64,000 bases of DNA from the NCBI GenBank assembly GCA_963758915.1, contig CAVWXH010000016.1, positions 256,001 through 320,000 of the forward strand, read 5' to 3'. A program made the position numbers and the translations under genes. The notes below the pieces were generated by a model, which worked only from the letters and a program-made list of their open reading frames with translations, had not been told where the DNA came from and did no database searches. Positions 21,112-31,909 of this stretch are shown piece by piece. The stretch comes from an uncultured Methanomicrobiales archaeon (GTDB lineage: Archaea > Halobacteriota > Methanomicrobia > Methanomicrobiales > Methanospirillaceae). Positions within the stretch are counted from its first letter, which is position 1. Every line of letters begins with the position of its first letter.

Positions 21112-21273
21112 AAGTACCTGACCGGTGAATTGGGAGTATAATCCTTCTTCAATGAATCTGATACCAGATACCGGTGGTAAATATCGGGACAATCGATATT
21201 ATTATATAGGACTGAAACAATCTAACATTTGCAGTATGTTCTGGAGGGATCCAGCGTCTGCGAGGTGTAGTAA

Positions 21274-21866
21274 ATGTCAATGAAAAACAGAAATGAAAAC
21301 GCGTTCACCGGTCTCGAGGCGGCAATCGTTCTGATTGCGTTCGTCGTCGTCGCCGCAGTGTTCAGTTACGTCGTGCTCGGTGCAGGTTTCTTCACCACAC
21401 AGAAAAGCCAGCAGGTTGTCCATGCAGGTGTTACCCAGGCTGCATCAAACATTGTAGTCAAGGGGAACGTGTATGGGATTGTCGAGCAATGGGTACTAAT
21501 ACGTACTGTTGGATAGATTCAGTTTGATCTTGGTCTTGCAGCAGGTGGATTACCTGTTGATGTGACTAAGATACAGATGGTTTATTCTACAGCAAATGCA
21601 ACGCCGTATACAATTCCAGGTATTACAACAGGACTGCAATCGGCTACTACTGGTGGATAAGTGGAATGTCACAGGTAGATCACCTGGAGCAAATGACCTG
21701 ATCCAGGAAGGGCAGTATTTCACTGTCATGTTATGCCCCACAGACTAATCTAACCGCAAGGGAAGCATTCAGTCTTGAAATCAAACCTGAAAATGGTGCG
21801 GCACTTGGTATTGAGAGAACGGTACCTGCCGGGATAACGAACACAACAGTTACTATTCTAATCTAA
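21274..21866 (+). pseudogene. flaB: Archaellin gene with multiple frameshifts/stops (pseudogene or sequence error)
   Basis: Class III signal NENA/FTGLEAAIVLIAFVVVAAVFSY. Downstream archaellin segments IQFDLGLAAGGLPVD, DLIQEGQYF and FSLEIKPENGAALGIERTVP are separated by stops or frame changes. Confidence 0.85.
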
Positions 21867-22012
21867 TCTTAACCCCTTTTTCGGGAATTTTAAATTATTA
21901 TTCTATTCTTCGTAAGTTGTTTTCAGAAATTATTTTTCCTTATTGTCATTCGTCACTGTCATCCAAATGGCAAAGCTATATTAACGAATAACAGTGAAAC
22001 ATTGTACTTAAT

Positions 22013-22885
22013 ATGGCAGTAAACCAGGCACAGGTTGACCACATCATTTCGACGGCATCTGCCGATGACCCTGAAGTGAAACTGCTGAAATTACAGGACG
22101 AGGTCGAACTGTTAAAGACCTCAATAAAACGTCTTCTGATTGATATCCGCGAACGGATGAACGATATGGAGAACCCGTTCAACGTGGGGATCCAGGCTGG
22201 CAGTGTTCCGGATGCTCCTACAAAATCAATAAAAATTAACAGGCAGGACCCTGTGGAAACCATAGAGATCGAGGAAGTTCATTCTCAGAAACCTGAACAC
22301 GTTCCAGCAGCAGCTCAAATCCCGCCGATCACCCCGCCCATTACTCAACCCCACCAGGATACCGGGACCATTACAAGGATCCCTCTGAATTCCGGTAATT
22401 CTGATGAAATGATGCTGGCAGCGATCCGGGCCCAGTTTGCAGGTATGCCGGGCCAGGCAGTGCCTGTTATTAAAGAATCCGAATCTGCCGGTAAAGTCCG
22501 CCTGCAGAAAGTATTTCGGCTCTTTGAATGGACAAGCAAGACAGTAAAGAAATACGGGCATGACCGGGTTGACCTGATGCTCGAGTCGTATCGTGCGATG
22601 GGCTATATTTCAGATGAATCTGCAAAACTCGTCAGGGATATCACCCGCCTGATGCCGACAACACTCGGCGAGATACATGAAATCCGTGCAGACGAATTTG
22701 TTTCTGAATTATACGAGCTGAACCATATCCTGAACCCGTCAGATGCCACACTGGACCGTGACATGATAGAGGTCCTCATGGAGAAACGTGGTAGTCCTGT
22801 TACGAGCCATGGGAGTTGCCCGGGAAGACCACTCACGGGAAGAACAGCCTGAAGCTGATTTTCTACATTCCAAAGACAGGATCTG
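22013..22885 (+). CDS. Archaellum switch-complex protein (ArlCDE/FlaD-E-like), 3' end probably frameshifted
   Basis: Coiled coil ending MENPF. C-terminal LFEW...LESYRAMGYIS resembles the FlaD/E domain. Lies between flaB and flaG. An alternative frame runs to TGA ~22885, next to the flaG start. Confidence 0.7.
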
Positions 22886-22889
22886 ATGA

Positions 22890-23351
22890 ATGTCGAGTGA
22901 GACAATCGTCACCGCCCTCTTTCTGATCGCTGCCGTGGTGGCTGCTGGTGTGCTGATTAATGCGGTTTTTCCTATCATCTCGAGGACGACGGAGACATTT
23001 GGTTCTGTGGCACATTCGACGGATAACCAGATCCGGACCGATATCAAGATTGTAAATTACTTTGCAAAAAATCCCGATGCCCAGATATGGCTGAAAAATA
23101 TCGGGACTTCACGGATATCTGCAACCGAACTGGATGAATCGGATGTTTTCATCGGTGGAGTGGGTAATTTTTCACGCTCCTCCCTCGCCAACCATTGGGA
23201 TAAGGATTTGACAGGTCAATGGTGGGACCCCGGGGAGACCCTTCACGTTACCCTTACCAGTGACAAAATTCCAGCTACCGGTGGAATGGCATATTTTGCT
23301 ATTGTTTTACCGAATGGAGTAAAACGGTCAGTTGAATTTGTTACTGACTAA
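22890..23351 (+). CDS. flaG: Archaellum accessory protein ArlG/FlaG
   Basis: MSSETIVTALFLIAAVVAAG N-terminal TM, WLKNIG, WDPGETL. Position in the cluster. Confidence 0.8.
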   Translation: MSSETIVTALFLIAAVVAAGVLINAVFPIISRTTETFGSVAHSTDNQIRTDIKIVNYFAKNPDAQIWLKNIGTSRISATELDESDVFIGGVGNFSRSSLANHWDKDLTGQWWDPGETLHVTLTSDKIPATGGMAYFAIVLPNGVKRSVEFVTD

Positions 23352-23374
23352 ATTTAAGAAGGACTGGTTACCGG

Positions 23375-23818
23375 ATGGCATTTGCATCGATTATCGGCTC
23401 AGCTATCGGAATTATCCTCCTGATAGTTACGGCCTATGTGCTCGTCGGGGGTGTCCTGACTACCACGCAGATTGCGATGAATGCACAGTCTGACATGACG
23501 GCGGTTCACATGCAAATGATTGGGACTGCCATCACCATTGATTCAGCTTCAGTGGCAAACAGCTCCCCGATAATACTCCAGATGCGGAATACCGGCAGTG
23601 AGCCGGTTGACCTCTCTAATATAAATGTTTTTATCCAGGTACCGGGGACTGCCCCTGTATTGATCCCAAAAGGATCAATCTCAATCTCACCTGATAGTAA
23701 ACAATGGCGCCCCACAGCCGAGCTGACTATGAATGTTACCTATGCTGGCACGTACCCGGTCATTATACAGCTGACAACAGAAAATGGCTTTTCAGCCATT
23801 ACCAAAGTTACACCATAA
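23375..23818 (+). CDS. flaF: Archaellum accessory protein ArlF/FlaF
   Basis: N-terminal TM, NTGSEPV, W.P, TTENG. Position in the cluster. Confidence 0.75.
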   Translation: MAFASIIGSAIGIILLIVTAYVLVGGVLTTTQIAMNAQSDMTAVHMQMIGTAITIDSASVANSSPIILQMRNTGSEPVDLSNINVFIQVPGTAPVLIPKGSISISPDSKQWRPTAELTMNVTYAGTYPVIIQLTTENGFSAITKVTP

Positions 23819-24073
23819 AGGAATTGTGCATTGAAACGATGTGAAATCCGGCTGTATTATTCTTGTGTGGAATGGTTATGACATTGACTAATTACTGTTG
23901 CAAATATTCTTATTAAATCAGATACATGCCCGTCCTGTTCTGTGGCCGGGGTGATCTGAAAATATTACGAATGCATCACCCTATCTGAAATCCGGGATGT
24001 ATTTGTACAAGGCAGAGAATTAAATAGTGTTGAATCGATTATTCAATATATATAATTATATGAAGGGTGGCAA

Positions 24074-24811
24074 ATGGGATTTGAGGGCATCGCAGGTATT
24101 CTTGGTGGTGAAGACAAGAAAATTCTCTCAACCGGGAATAATGAAATAGATAAGAAAATAGCTGATGGTCTTCCATTGGGTTCCCTCACGCTTATTGAAG
24201 GAGAGAATGATACCGGTAAAAGTGTCCTGACAGAGCAGATAATCTGGGGTGCAATGAAACAGGGCCTCTGCGTTGACCTTTACTCTACCGAAATGACTGC
24301 AAAAAGTTTCCTTTCCCAGATGGAGTCAATGAGCCTTGATGTATCAGATTATTTTGCATGGGGTTATGTAAAGCTCTTCCCGCTGCACATGGTCGGGTTC
24401 AAATGGTCTAAAGAAGAGATGGACGGGATCCTGGAAAACATCATTGAACATATCAGGGGGAGCAAAGCCCAGGTCATAATTATCGATTCTCTTACCATGT
24501 TTACCGAGTATACCACCCAGGGGACGATCCTCACGTTCCTGACGAACTGTAAGAACCTGGTCGACCATGGAAAGACAATTCTCATCACACTTCACACGTA
24601 TGCATTCCAGGAGGATACCCTGATCCGTATCCGTTCCATCTGCGATGCACATCTCTACATGAAAAAATCCCTGATTGGTGACAAATATGTCATGGTCATG
24701 GAAGTGGTAAAAGTCCGGGGTGCACGGAAAACAACCGGTAACCTGGTAAGTTTCGAAGTTCACCCCGGTTACGGCATGAAAATAATTCCGATTTCAATGG
24801 CAAAGGTCTGA
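24074..24811 (+). CDS. flaH: Archaellum ATP-binding protein ArlH/FlaH
   Basis: RecA/KaiC-like: GENDTGKS, IIIDSLT, RIRSICD, FEVHPGYG. Confidence 0.95.
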   Translation: MGFEGIAGILGGEDKKILSTGNNEIDKKIADGLPLGSLTLIEGENDTGKSVLTEQIIWGAMKQGLCVDLYSTEMTAKSFLSQMESMSLDVSDYFAWGYVKLFPLHMVGFKWSKEEMDGILENIIEHIRGSKAQVIIIDSLTMFTEYTTQGTILTFLTNCKNLVDHGKTILITLHTYAFQEDTLIRIRSICDAHLYMKKSLIGDKYVMVMEVVKVRGARKTTGNLVSFEVHPGYGMKIIPISMAKV

Positions 24812-24812
24812 T

Positions 24813-26693
24813 ATGAGTTCCGGAGAAATTTCAGTCGCAACAAGCCTCTCCCTGCCCTTTAAACGCGCGGTAAACACAGAAGACAACGACTGCGCGAATA
24901 ATATCGAGTCCTGTGCACTCTACAGGATGTTACCTACCAATGCAAAAGAGTACGTGCAGCACAGTCCGCACCTCCTCGAATACCTGCATATCTTCCCGGT
25001 CGATGAATATGGAATCCCCCTCTTTTTTTCGGAATTAAAACGTGATTTAAAGTCGATGACGGAACCTAACCTCATCTACCCTGCCGATAAAGATACATTT
25101 GTCCACATTTTTTTCGATCCCAACGATGTCAGGAACTATTACATCCCGATTGAGCCCTCCTTCCTGCACAGTGTCAAAGACCTTGTTCCCGCGGTTGAAT
25201 ACAAGTTGATCGATCTCCTTGACGCACTGGAAGATGACCCGGTTACCGATGAGGAACGGAGCACGGTATTACGAAAGCTCCTCAAACAGGTCGTCCAGAT
25301 TAAAATGCCCGGGGAAAATATTCCCACAATGGGGAGTGAAGAAACAGAAAATCCGGGATTCATGGGAAAAATGAAGGGTTTCCTGAATAAGGACCTCACG
25401 AAGAAGGACAGTTCCGGGAGGGCACATGCGTTCGCACATGTTGCACGTACCCCTGATGGCAGGGTCATTATGACGCCCCAGGAGTATTCAGCCCTTGAAT
25501 ACATGATGGTCCGCGACAAGGTTGATATCGGCCTTTTAAAGCCGTTCCTCAGTGACAGGTATATTGAAGATATCACCTGTGACGGTATCGGCCCGATATT
25601 TGTTGAACACAAAATATTCAAAGGCCTTAAATCGGTGGTTGGCTGGGACAAGGAAAAAGAGCTGGATAATTACGTGATAAAACTTGCAGAACGGACAAAG
25701 CGGCCTATCACGTACCGGAACCCGATCGTTGATGCAACACTGCCTGACGGTTCCCGTATCAACATTGTATATAGCACGGATATCAGCCGTAAAGGCTCAA
25801 ATTTCACCATCCGTAAAGCGATGGACGACCCGATCAGTATCCTGAAACTGATTGAATTCAAGACCTGCGATTATATGTGTGCTGCGTATCTCTGGATCTG
25901 TATCGAGAACGGCATGTCACTTTTCATGAGTGGTGAAACGGCAAGTGGTAAGACGACATCACTCAATGCAATGACGACGTTCATTCCACCGGAGAACAAG
26001 ATTGTAACCATCGAGGACACCCCCGAACTCCAGATCCCTCACCTGAACTGGACACGTGAAGTCTCAAAAGGCAAAGGGAAGGGGGAAGGGGAAGGAGGTG
26101 ATGTGACGATGTTTGACCTCTTACGGGCCGCACTCCGTCAGCGTCCGAACCAGATCCTTGTTGGTGAGATCCGTGGTGTTGAAGGTGCCGTCGCATTCGG
26201 TGCGATGCAGACCGGCCACCCGGTACTTTCAACATTCCACGCGGCCTCTGTTGAAAAACTTATCCAGCGTCTTTGTGGTGACCCGATCCTTATCCCGAAG
26301 ACCTATGTCGATAACCTGAACCTTGTTGTTATCCAGAGTTCGGTTCGTCGCCCGACTGGTGAAATGGTCCGTAGGATCCTCTCTATAAATGAACTGGTGG
26401 GTTTTAACCCGGAAACCGGTGGTTTCTCGTTTGTCGAGATGTTCAGCTGGAACCCTATCACAGACGCCCATGATTTCCATGGAAGGGGAAGCAGTTTCCT
26501 CCTTGAAAACAGGATTGCCACAATGCTCGGTATTCCTGATCATAAAAAAGCGGGTATGTACCTTGAAGTGGAAAAAAGGGCACGTATTCTTGAAAGACTG
26601 CATAAGGCCGGTTATACCGGGTTCTATGACCTGTACCACATGATGACCAAAATCAAGAAGCAGGGGCTCCTTACTATTGATATCCCCGACTAG
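24813..26693 (+). CDS. flaI: Archaellum motor ATPase ArlI/FlaI
   Basis: GETASGKTT, TIEDTPE, ALRQRP, VGEIRG, TGHPVLSTFHA. Confidence 0.96.
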   Translation: MSSGEISVATSLSLPFKRAVNTEDNDCANNIESCALYRMLPTNAKEYVQHSPHLLEYLHIFPVDEYGIPLFFSELKRDLKSMTEPNLIYPADKDTFVHIFFDPNDVRNYYIPIEPSFLHSVKDLVPAVEYKLIDLLDALEDDPVTDEERSTVLRKLLKQVVQIKMPGENIPTMGSEETENPGFMGKMKGFLNKDLTKKDSSGRAHAFAHVARTPDGRVIMTPQEYSALEYMMVRDKVDIGLLKPFLSDRYIEDITCDGIGPIFVEHKIFKGLKSVVGWDKEKELDNYVIKLAERTKRPITYRNPIVDATLPDGSRINIVYSTDISRKGSNFTIRKAMDDPISILKLIEFKTCDYMCAAYLWICIENGMSLFMSGETASGKTTSLNAMTTFIPPENKIVTIEDTPELQIPHLNWTREVSKGKGKGEGEGGDVTMFDLLRAALRQRPNQILVGEIRGVEGAVAFGAMQTGHPVLSTFHAASVEKLIQRLCGDPILIPKTYVDNLNLVVIQSSVRRPTGEMVRRILSINELVGFNPETGGFSFVEMFSWNPITDAHDFHGRGSSFLLENRIATMLGIPDHKKAGMYLEVEKRARILERLHKAGYTGFYDLYHMMTKIKKQGLLTIDIPD

Positions 26694-26710
26694 AGAGTCT
26701 GCAGCCTGTT

Positions 26711-28334
26711 ATGGATGTTAAAAACCTTCCCGCCGGGCCAACCGCCCTTCCGGTTAAAGAAGGCCGCCAGGTACCCTTCAAGGGTATGATAAAGTCGATC
26801 CGCGAGAAGACTGGACTCAATTCTTGAGGCCAAGCGGATGGCTGCAGATATGCTGTTTATGGCCACCTACATGTGTGCGATTACAACCGCACGTGCAACC
26901 CGGCCCGAGATCTTTGCATATACTGCCCTCAGAAAAGAGTATGCGACAGCCAAGTATATTGCAAAAGTTGAATTTTTTGTCAAGCGCTGGAATTACAGTT
27001 ACGTCGAAGCCCTTACAGCGGTTGCGGAACGGACAAAAAACAAACTGCTGGCGAGTATGCTGAACCGCTATTCAAACTCAATAGAGTCCGGTGTACCGGA
27101 TGAGGACTTCCTTAACCGCGAACTTGCAACCGTCAGGAGTGTTTACCGGAACAACTACGAGCAGGGCCTTGAAATGCTCAAAAAATGGGGCGATGCGTAC
27201 ATTGCGATGCTGTTCTCCGGCGCCCTTGTCGGGATTATCATCATGGTCTCAGTTGCCCTTTTTACACCTGATAATATCCAGGGGACCCTGATGTTGTCCT
27301 ACATGATTGTAATTACAACTTCGCTGTTTGGAATTATAACAATGTACACTTCTGTCCCTTCAGACGAGAAGATCCATGACCTTCCTGTAGGTTCAAAGGA
27401 GCAGATGATAATCAAGCGTCTTGAACGGAGGATTATTCCTGTTATTATCATTGTCACGGTAGTTTTTATTGGTATCAGTGCATCCGGGCTTATCAAGGAC
27501 GTATACGGCCTTGTTATGCTATTAATCGGGCTTATGCTCCTTCCCCTTGGTATTATCGGGTACCTTGACGACAGCAATATTATCCAGCGGGACGCTGACT
27601 TTACTTCGTTCATACGAAGTATTGGTGCAGTTATGGGTGGAAAAGGGACAACAATGGGCCATGCGCTGGCAGAAATTGACCGGAAATCCCTTGTTGTTCT
27701 GGAACCGTTGATCAATGGCGTATATTCAAAACTGAACCTCGGCCTTGACGAGAACGCCAGTTGGGAGAAATTTATCGGGGAGAGCGGGAGTAACCTGATC
27801 TATAAGTATCTGAATATTTTCAGGGACTCATGTGAGCTCGGAGGGTCCCCGGACACGATTGGCGAGATAGCCGGCTCATCAATGCTTGAACAGGTCCTGC
27901 TCAGGGAGAAGAGAAATTCGGTTTCCATGGGTTTTGTCGTCCTCATTATCCCTATGCATACGATGATGATTGCCATTTTCCTGTTCCTTTTCCATATTCT
28001 CCTGACTATGTCCAAGGCAATTGCAGGTGTTATGGACAATCTCAATGCGATGGGTGAAGGTACCCAGGCCGCCCAAAGCGTCGGGGGGTCAATGGTCAGC
28101 GGTATCAATATGTTTGTTTCATTTCCTGAAGCAGAAATGACGCTCTATATCATAATCATGATTACGATTATTACGGTTGCAAATATTTTTGCAGGAAAAA
28201 TTGTGATGGGCGGCGGGAGATATATTTTTTACTTCTTTGCTAGCATTTTATCGATTATGACGGGGCTTGTATATATTGTGGCGCCGCATATTGTAGCGAT
28301 GTTCTTTAACATCCCGGTCTTTCAGGGGGTATAG
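26711..28334 (+). CDS. flaJ: Archaellum platform protein ArlJ/FlaJ, with a +1 frameshift near 26810
   Basis: Polytopic T2SSF-like protein following flaI. Removing one A at 26810 joins ATG 26711 (MDVKNL...EKLDSILEAKR) to ORF 26838-28334. Confidence 0.92.
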
Positions 28335-28337
28335 CGC

Positions 28338-29603
28338 ATGAAGGATACAGTCAGGCGGATCCTGTTATTTGTCGTCATCCTTATAGCCGGGCTGGTACTA
28401 ATCCTGTTTGATTTACCCGCAGTTCTTTTGGTACTGGTGGTCATTGTACTGGCATTTGTGGCACTTTTAATCAATGGGTCAATCAAACTACCAAAACTAC
28501 GGGTACCGAATATTGCATTTTCATTAAAAAAAGGTCCTAAAAAACAGGATAAAGAACAAAAATCTCCGGTAGTGCAAAAAGCAGCACCGGAAAAAAGCGG
28601 GAAAAAACAGGAACCTCCGCCTAAAAAAACAACGAAAAAAACATCTTCAAAAACTACCGGCAGTCTCTCCACAATCAGGGGCGCATTTTCATCAATGGGA
28701 CAGGCTCTCTCGGTCATAGCAGGCGATATTGGTAAGGCAAGGAAGCCTTCATCTGCCAAACAGCGGGACAAACAGAAACTTGACCAGATGCTCGACCAGT
28801 CAGTCCAGGGCCGTGCGCCTGATATCAGGTCTCTTAAGGAGGCAAATCCCGAAATTGTCCCTTCGGGAAAACAGACTGTCAGCGATCCCTTCTCAACCCT
28901 TGTGAAAGAGCAGATGAACACGGAGTTGCTTGAATCCGAGGGAGCGGGTGAAGATCTGGGGGACCTTGCTTCACTGAACGACTTTGATCTCGGTGCTGAC
29001 ATGTCGGGAGCATTTAGTGATGATATATCAAATCTTGATATCTCTCTTGATGCTGAAGAAGGCATTGCAATTGATGACGATTCTGATACCGACGAAGTTG
29101 CATCAATACTTGCTGCGAATATGGGGGACCTGGACCCGGCAGAAGAAGAAAAGGACCTGCTATCGAGTGATATGAATCTCGGTGGTCTCGAGGACCTTGA
29201 TATAAACAGTATTGATCTGGACCAGGAACTCGGGGACCCTGATAACCCGGAGACTAAAGAATCCAGAATGGTATCCCAGCCAGAAAAAAGCTCCCCTGGT
29301 TCATCCCAAAAACCCGCATCATCATCTCCTGCACCGATGGGGGGGTCCCCGCCTGCATCCGCTCCTTCCGCGAAGCCTGCAGTAATGGAAACGCCAAAGG
29401 ATATGAGTGCCTCGATGATGGCATTTTCCTCCGGAAAAGGCATGGATGATGACCTGATGTCTTCACTTAAATCTGATGCTTCAGGTGTGAAGAGAAATGA
29501 TAATGCACCCCTGCTCCGGGACTTGAAGGATGTGAAAGTCCCGGCTGCAGATCTCGAGAAAGATCTGGAAGGGATATTAAGTATGACGAAAGCAAAGAAA
29601 TAA
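28338..29603 (+). CDS. Membrane-anchored protein with basic then highly acidic low-complexity regions
   Basis: Two N-terminal TM helices, Lys-rich segment, D/E/L-rich region, S/P-rich linker, helical C-terminus. Starts 3 bp after flaJ and ends 32 bp before cheF. Confidence 0.85.
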   Translation: MKDTVRRILLFVVILIAGLVLILFDLPAVLLVLVVIVLAFVALLINGSIKLPKLRVPNIAFSLKKGPKKQDKEQKSPVVQKAAPEKSGKKQEPPPKKTTKKTSSKTTGSLSTIRGAFSSMGQALSVIAGDIGKARKPSSAKQRDKQKLDQMLDQSVQGRAPDIRSLKEANPEIVPSGKQTVSDPFSTLVKEQMNTELLESEGAGEDLGDLASLNDFDLGADMSGAFSDDISNLDISLDAEEGIAIDDDSDTDEVASILAANMGDLDPAEEEKDLLSSDMNLGGLEDLDINSIDLDQELGDPDNPETKESRMVSQPEKSSPGSSQKPASSSPAPMGGSPPASAPSAKPAVMETPKDMSASMMAFSSGKGMDDDLMSSLKSDASGVKRNDNAPLLRDLKDVKVPAADLEKDLEGILSMTKAKK

Positions 29604-29635
29604 GTGACGAGAGAGTATCCGGATCGAGGGCTGAT

Positions 29636-30445
29636 ATGACTGAAATACCTGTAAAAATTGAAAAAGATGGGAAATGGGTTGTCTCAAAGATTGATATCAC
29701 CCAGGACCAGCTTTCCATCAGGGAGCCTGTCAACACGGATATACCATTTAAATCGATCATCAACCTTGAAGAGAAGAAAAGTATCCTTCTCATCATGGTA
29801 AAAGGGAACCCTGAAGTAATATATCGGATTGCCACCGTCCCGAAGGCTTTGCAGGTCTTAAAGCGTATGATCATTATGTCATGCAGTGCGTACCGCCTGA
29901 GTGCGTATTTCATGTCACCGGCTGTCCGGGGTGGCGTAATGGTCACTGATGCACAATGGGAGAAAGGGGCGATCGCGGTACTGAAAACCGGGATCTGGTT
30001 TGTAAGCCAGAACAAGCAGGTATGTGTCCCGATTTCCGAAGTCGCAGGCATTGAAATGACGCAGCGCGACCTCCAGAATAAACAGGTGGATGTCATCAAA
30101 ATCGACCATCTTGAAAATGGTGAAGTAGTAACAAGTTTCGTCCTTTGCCCGCTCTCGACATTGCAGGTCCTTCTTAACTTTTTGAAAGATGCGACCAAGG
30201 AAATGGACATGAAGGGTGATGAGTTAGACCCGCTTGCTGCGCAGGTAGGAATGCTCGTCTATAGTGGCATGGACTCACATGCAATTGAAAATATGCTGAA
30301 TATTCCCCATAATGAACTCGACCAGATATTCGATAAACTATTAAAACTGGGAGTTGTCGAAGTGATGTTTACCAGGAGAGAAGTCCAGCTTACTCCAAAA
30401 GGTGTCCGTTTCATCTCGGATGCGGTTAAACCTCCAACACCGTGA
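29636..30445 (+). CDS. cheF: Archaeal chemotaxis adaptor CheF
   Basis: SPAVRGGV...WEKG motif of DUF439/CheF, C-terminal winged helix (LTPKG). Directly upstream of cheY. Confidence 0.88.
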   Translation: MTEIPVKIEKDGKWVVSKIDITQDQLSIREPVNTDIPFKSIINLEEKKSILLIMVKGNPEVIYRIATVPKALQVLKRMIIMSCSAYRLSAYFMSPAVRGGVMVTDAQWEKGAIAVLKTGIWFVSQNKQVCVPISEVAGIEMTQRDLQNKQVDVIKIDHLENGEVVTSFVLCPLSTLQVLLNFLKDATKEMDMKGDELDPLAAQVGMLVYSGMDSHAIENMLNIPHNELDQIFDKLLKLGVVEVMFTRREVQLTPKGVRFISDAVKPPTP

Positions 30446-30514
30446 CCAATCTGCAAACGCATAAGCGGCATTAAGTACATATAAGTGCCGGACAAAGAGC
30501 TGGTGTGATTACAT

Positions 30515-30877
30515 ATGGGGCGAATTCTGATCGTTGACGATACACTTTTTATGAGGACACTTCTTAAAAACATCCTGTTCTCCGGAGGACATTCGATTGT
30601 CGGTGAGGCCGGGGATGGTGATGAAGCCATTGAGAAGTACAAGGAGTTAAAACCAGACCTGGTTACCATGGATGTAGTGATGCCGAAAATGAACGGGATA
30701 GAGGCATTAAAGGGAATTAAGGCCCTGGATCCAAATGCACGGGTAATTATGTGCACGGCTGTCGGGCAGGAGCAGATGGTGAAGCTGGCGATAAAAAGTG
30801 GTGCGAGAGGATATGTTGTAAAACCATTCCAGGCACCAAAAGTGCTCGAAGAGATTAAAAACGTCCTCGGATCGTGA
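30515..30877 (+). CDS. cheY: Chemotaxis response regulator CheY
   Basis: IVDD, TMDVVMPKMNG, CTA, VKPF. Confidence 0.96.
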   Translation: MGRILIVDDTLFMRTLLKNILFSGGHSIVGEAGDGDEAIEKYKELKPDLVTMDVVMPKMNGIEALKGIKALDPNARVIMCTAVGQEQMVKLAIKSGARGYVVKPFQAPKVLEEIKNVLGS

Positions 30878-31908
30878 CGATGATCCGTGTTCTTGTGATT
30901 GATGATTCGCTATTTATGCGTACGATCATCACTGACATGCTTCAAAAAGACCCGGAAATAGAGGTTGTCGGAGTGGCCACAAACGGTGAGGACGGGCTGG
31001 AAAAGATCCATGAGTTAAAACCAGATGTCATAACGCTGGATATCGAGATGCCAAAGATGGATGGTATCGAAGTGCTCAGGCGTAAAGCTTCATTGGAGCA
31101 CCAGCCGAAAACACTGATGCTCAGTTCACTCACCTCACAGGGGGCCCTGATGACAAAAAAGGCGATGGCATACGGTGCTGACGATTTTATGCTGAAACCA
31201 AAGGACCTTGCGCGCATACGAGGTATATCACAGGAACTAGTGATCAAAGTAAAAAACCTGGTGAATATCGCCTACGTATCAAGAAAACCAGGTCCCGCTG
31301 GCGAAATTGCAAATAAAATCGTCCTGATTGGGTCCTCGGCCGGTGGTCCCCCTATGCTTGACGTCCTTCTCTCATCATTCACATCGAGTATACCCGCGGC
31401 CATTATGATCACCCAGCACATGCCTGAAGGTGGATTCACCGCAGCGCTTGCAGCACGGCTCAACCGGCTCTCCCCAATGCCGGTAAAAGAGACCGAAAAC
31501 GGTGATGTCCTGTCAAGTGGGCAGGTTTACGTATCGATGGCCGGGTACCATACGGTTATTTCCAGCATGGTCTCCCAGTCCGGAGTAAAAGGTGGGAGGG
31601 TCATCCATTCACGAGCCCCACCGGAGCACGGCGTACGACCTGCTGTAAACAAAACTTTTTCATCTTCAGCTGCTGCGTTTGGCCCCTTCACAGTGTCAAC
31701 GATTTTATCGGGAATGGGAAGTGACGGGGGAGATGGTACCCTCGCAGTGAAACAGCATGGAGGGACGACGATGGTCTGCCGCGAATCGGAATGCCTTGTA
31801 TATGGGATGGCTCGTGCAGCACTCAAACTTAACTGCGTGGACTCGGTATTGCCACTTCGTTCGATGGCCGGTGAGATAACACGGGTAGTGAAAACCATGG
31901 GTGGATAA
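30874..31908 (+). CDS. cheB: Chemotaxis methylesterase CheB
   Basis: REC domain plus esterase motifs GSSAGGP, QHMP, GMGSDG, VYGM. Confidence 0.96.
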   Translation: MTMIRVLVIDDSLFMRTIITDMLQKDPEIEVVGVATNGEDGLEKIHELKPDVITLDIEMPKMDGIEVLRRKASLEHQPKTLMLSSLTSQGALMTKKAMAYGADDFMLKPKDLARIRGISQELVIKVKNLVNIAYVSRKPGPAGEIANKIVLIGSSAGGPPMLDVLLSSFTSSIPAAIMITQHMPEGGFTAALAARLNRLSPMPVKETENGDVLSSGQVYVSMAGYHTVISSMVSQSGVKGGRVIHSRAPPEHGVRPAVNKTFSSSAAAFGPFTVSTILSGMGSDGGDGTLAVKQHGGTTMVCRESECLVYGMARAALKLNCVDSVLPLRSMAGEITRVVKTMGG

Positions 31909-31909
31909 C

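Noticed and set aside
21514-21516. In-frame TAG in flaB followed by archaellin sequence in the same frame, suggesting pyrrolysine or readthrough
   Set aside because: The preceding residues (VEQWVLIRTVG) look out of frame, while SSNG/TNTY-like archaellin sequence is in other frames. Further frameshifts follow and no pyl genes are in the window. Compensating indels explain it better.
28322-29443. 373-aa ORF antisense to the acidic membrane protein
   Set aside because: Shadow of a low-complexity coding strand. The plus-strand gene fits the operon.
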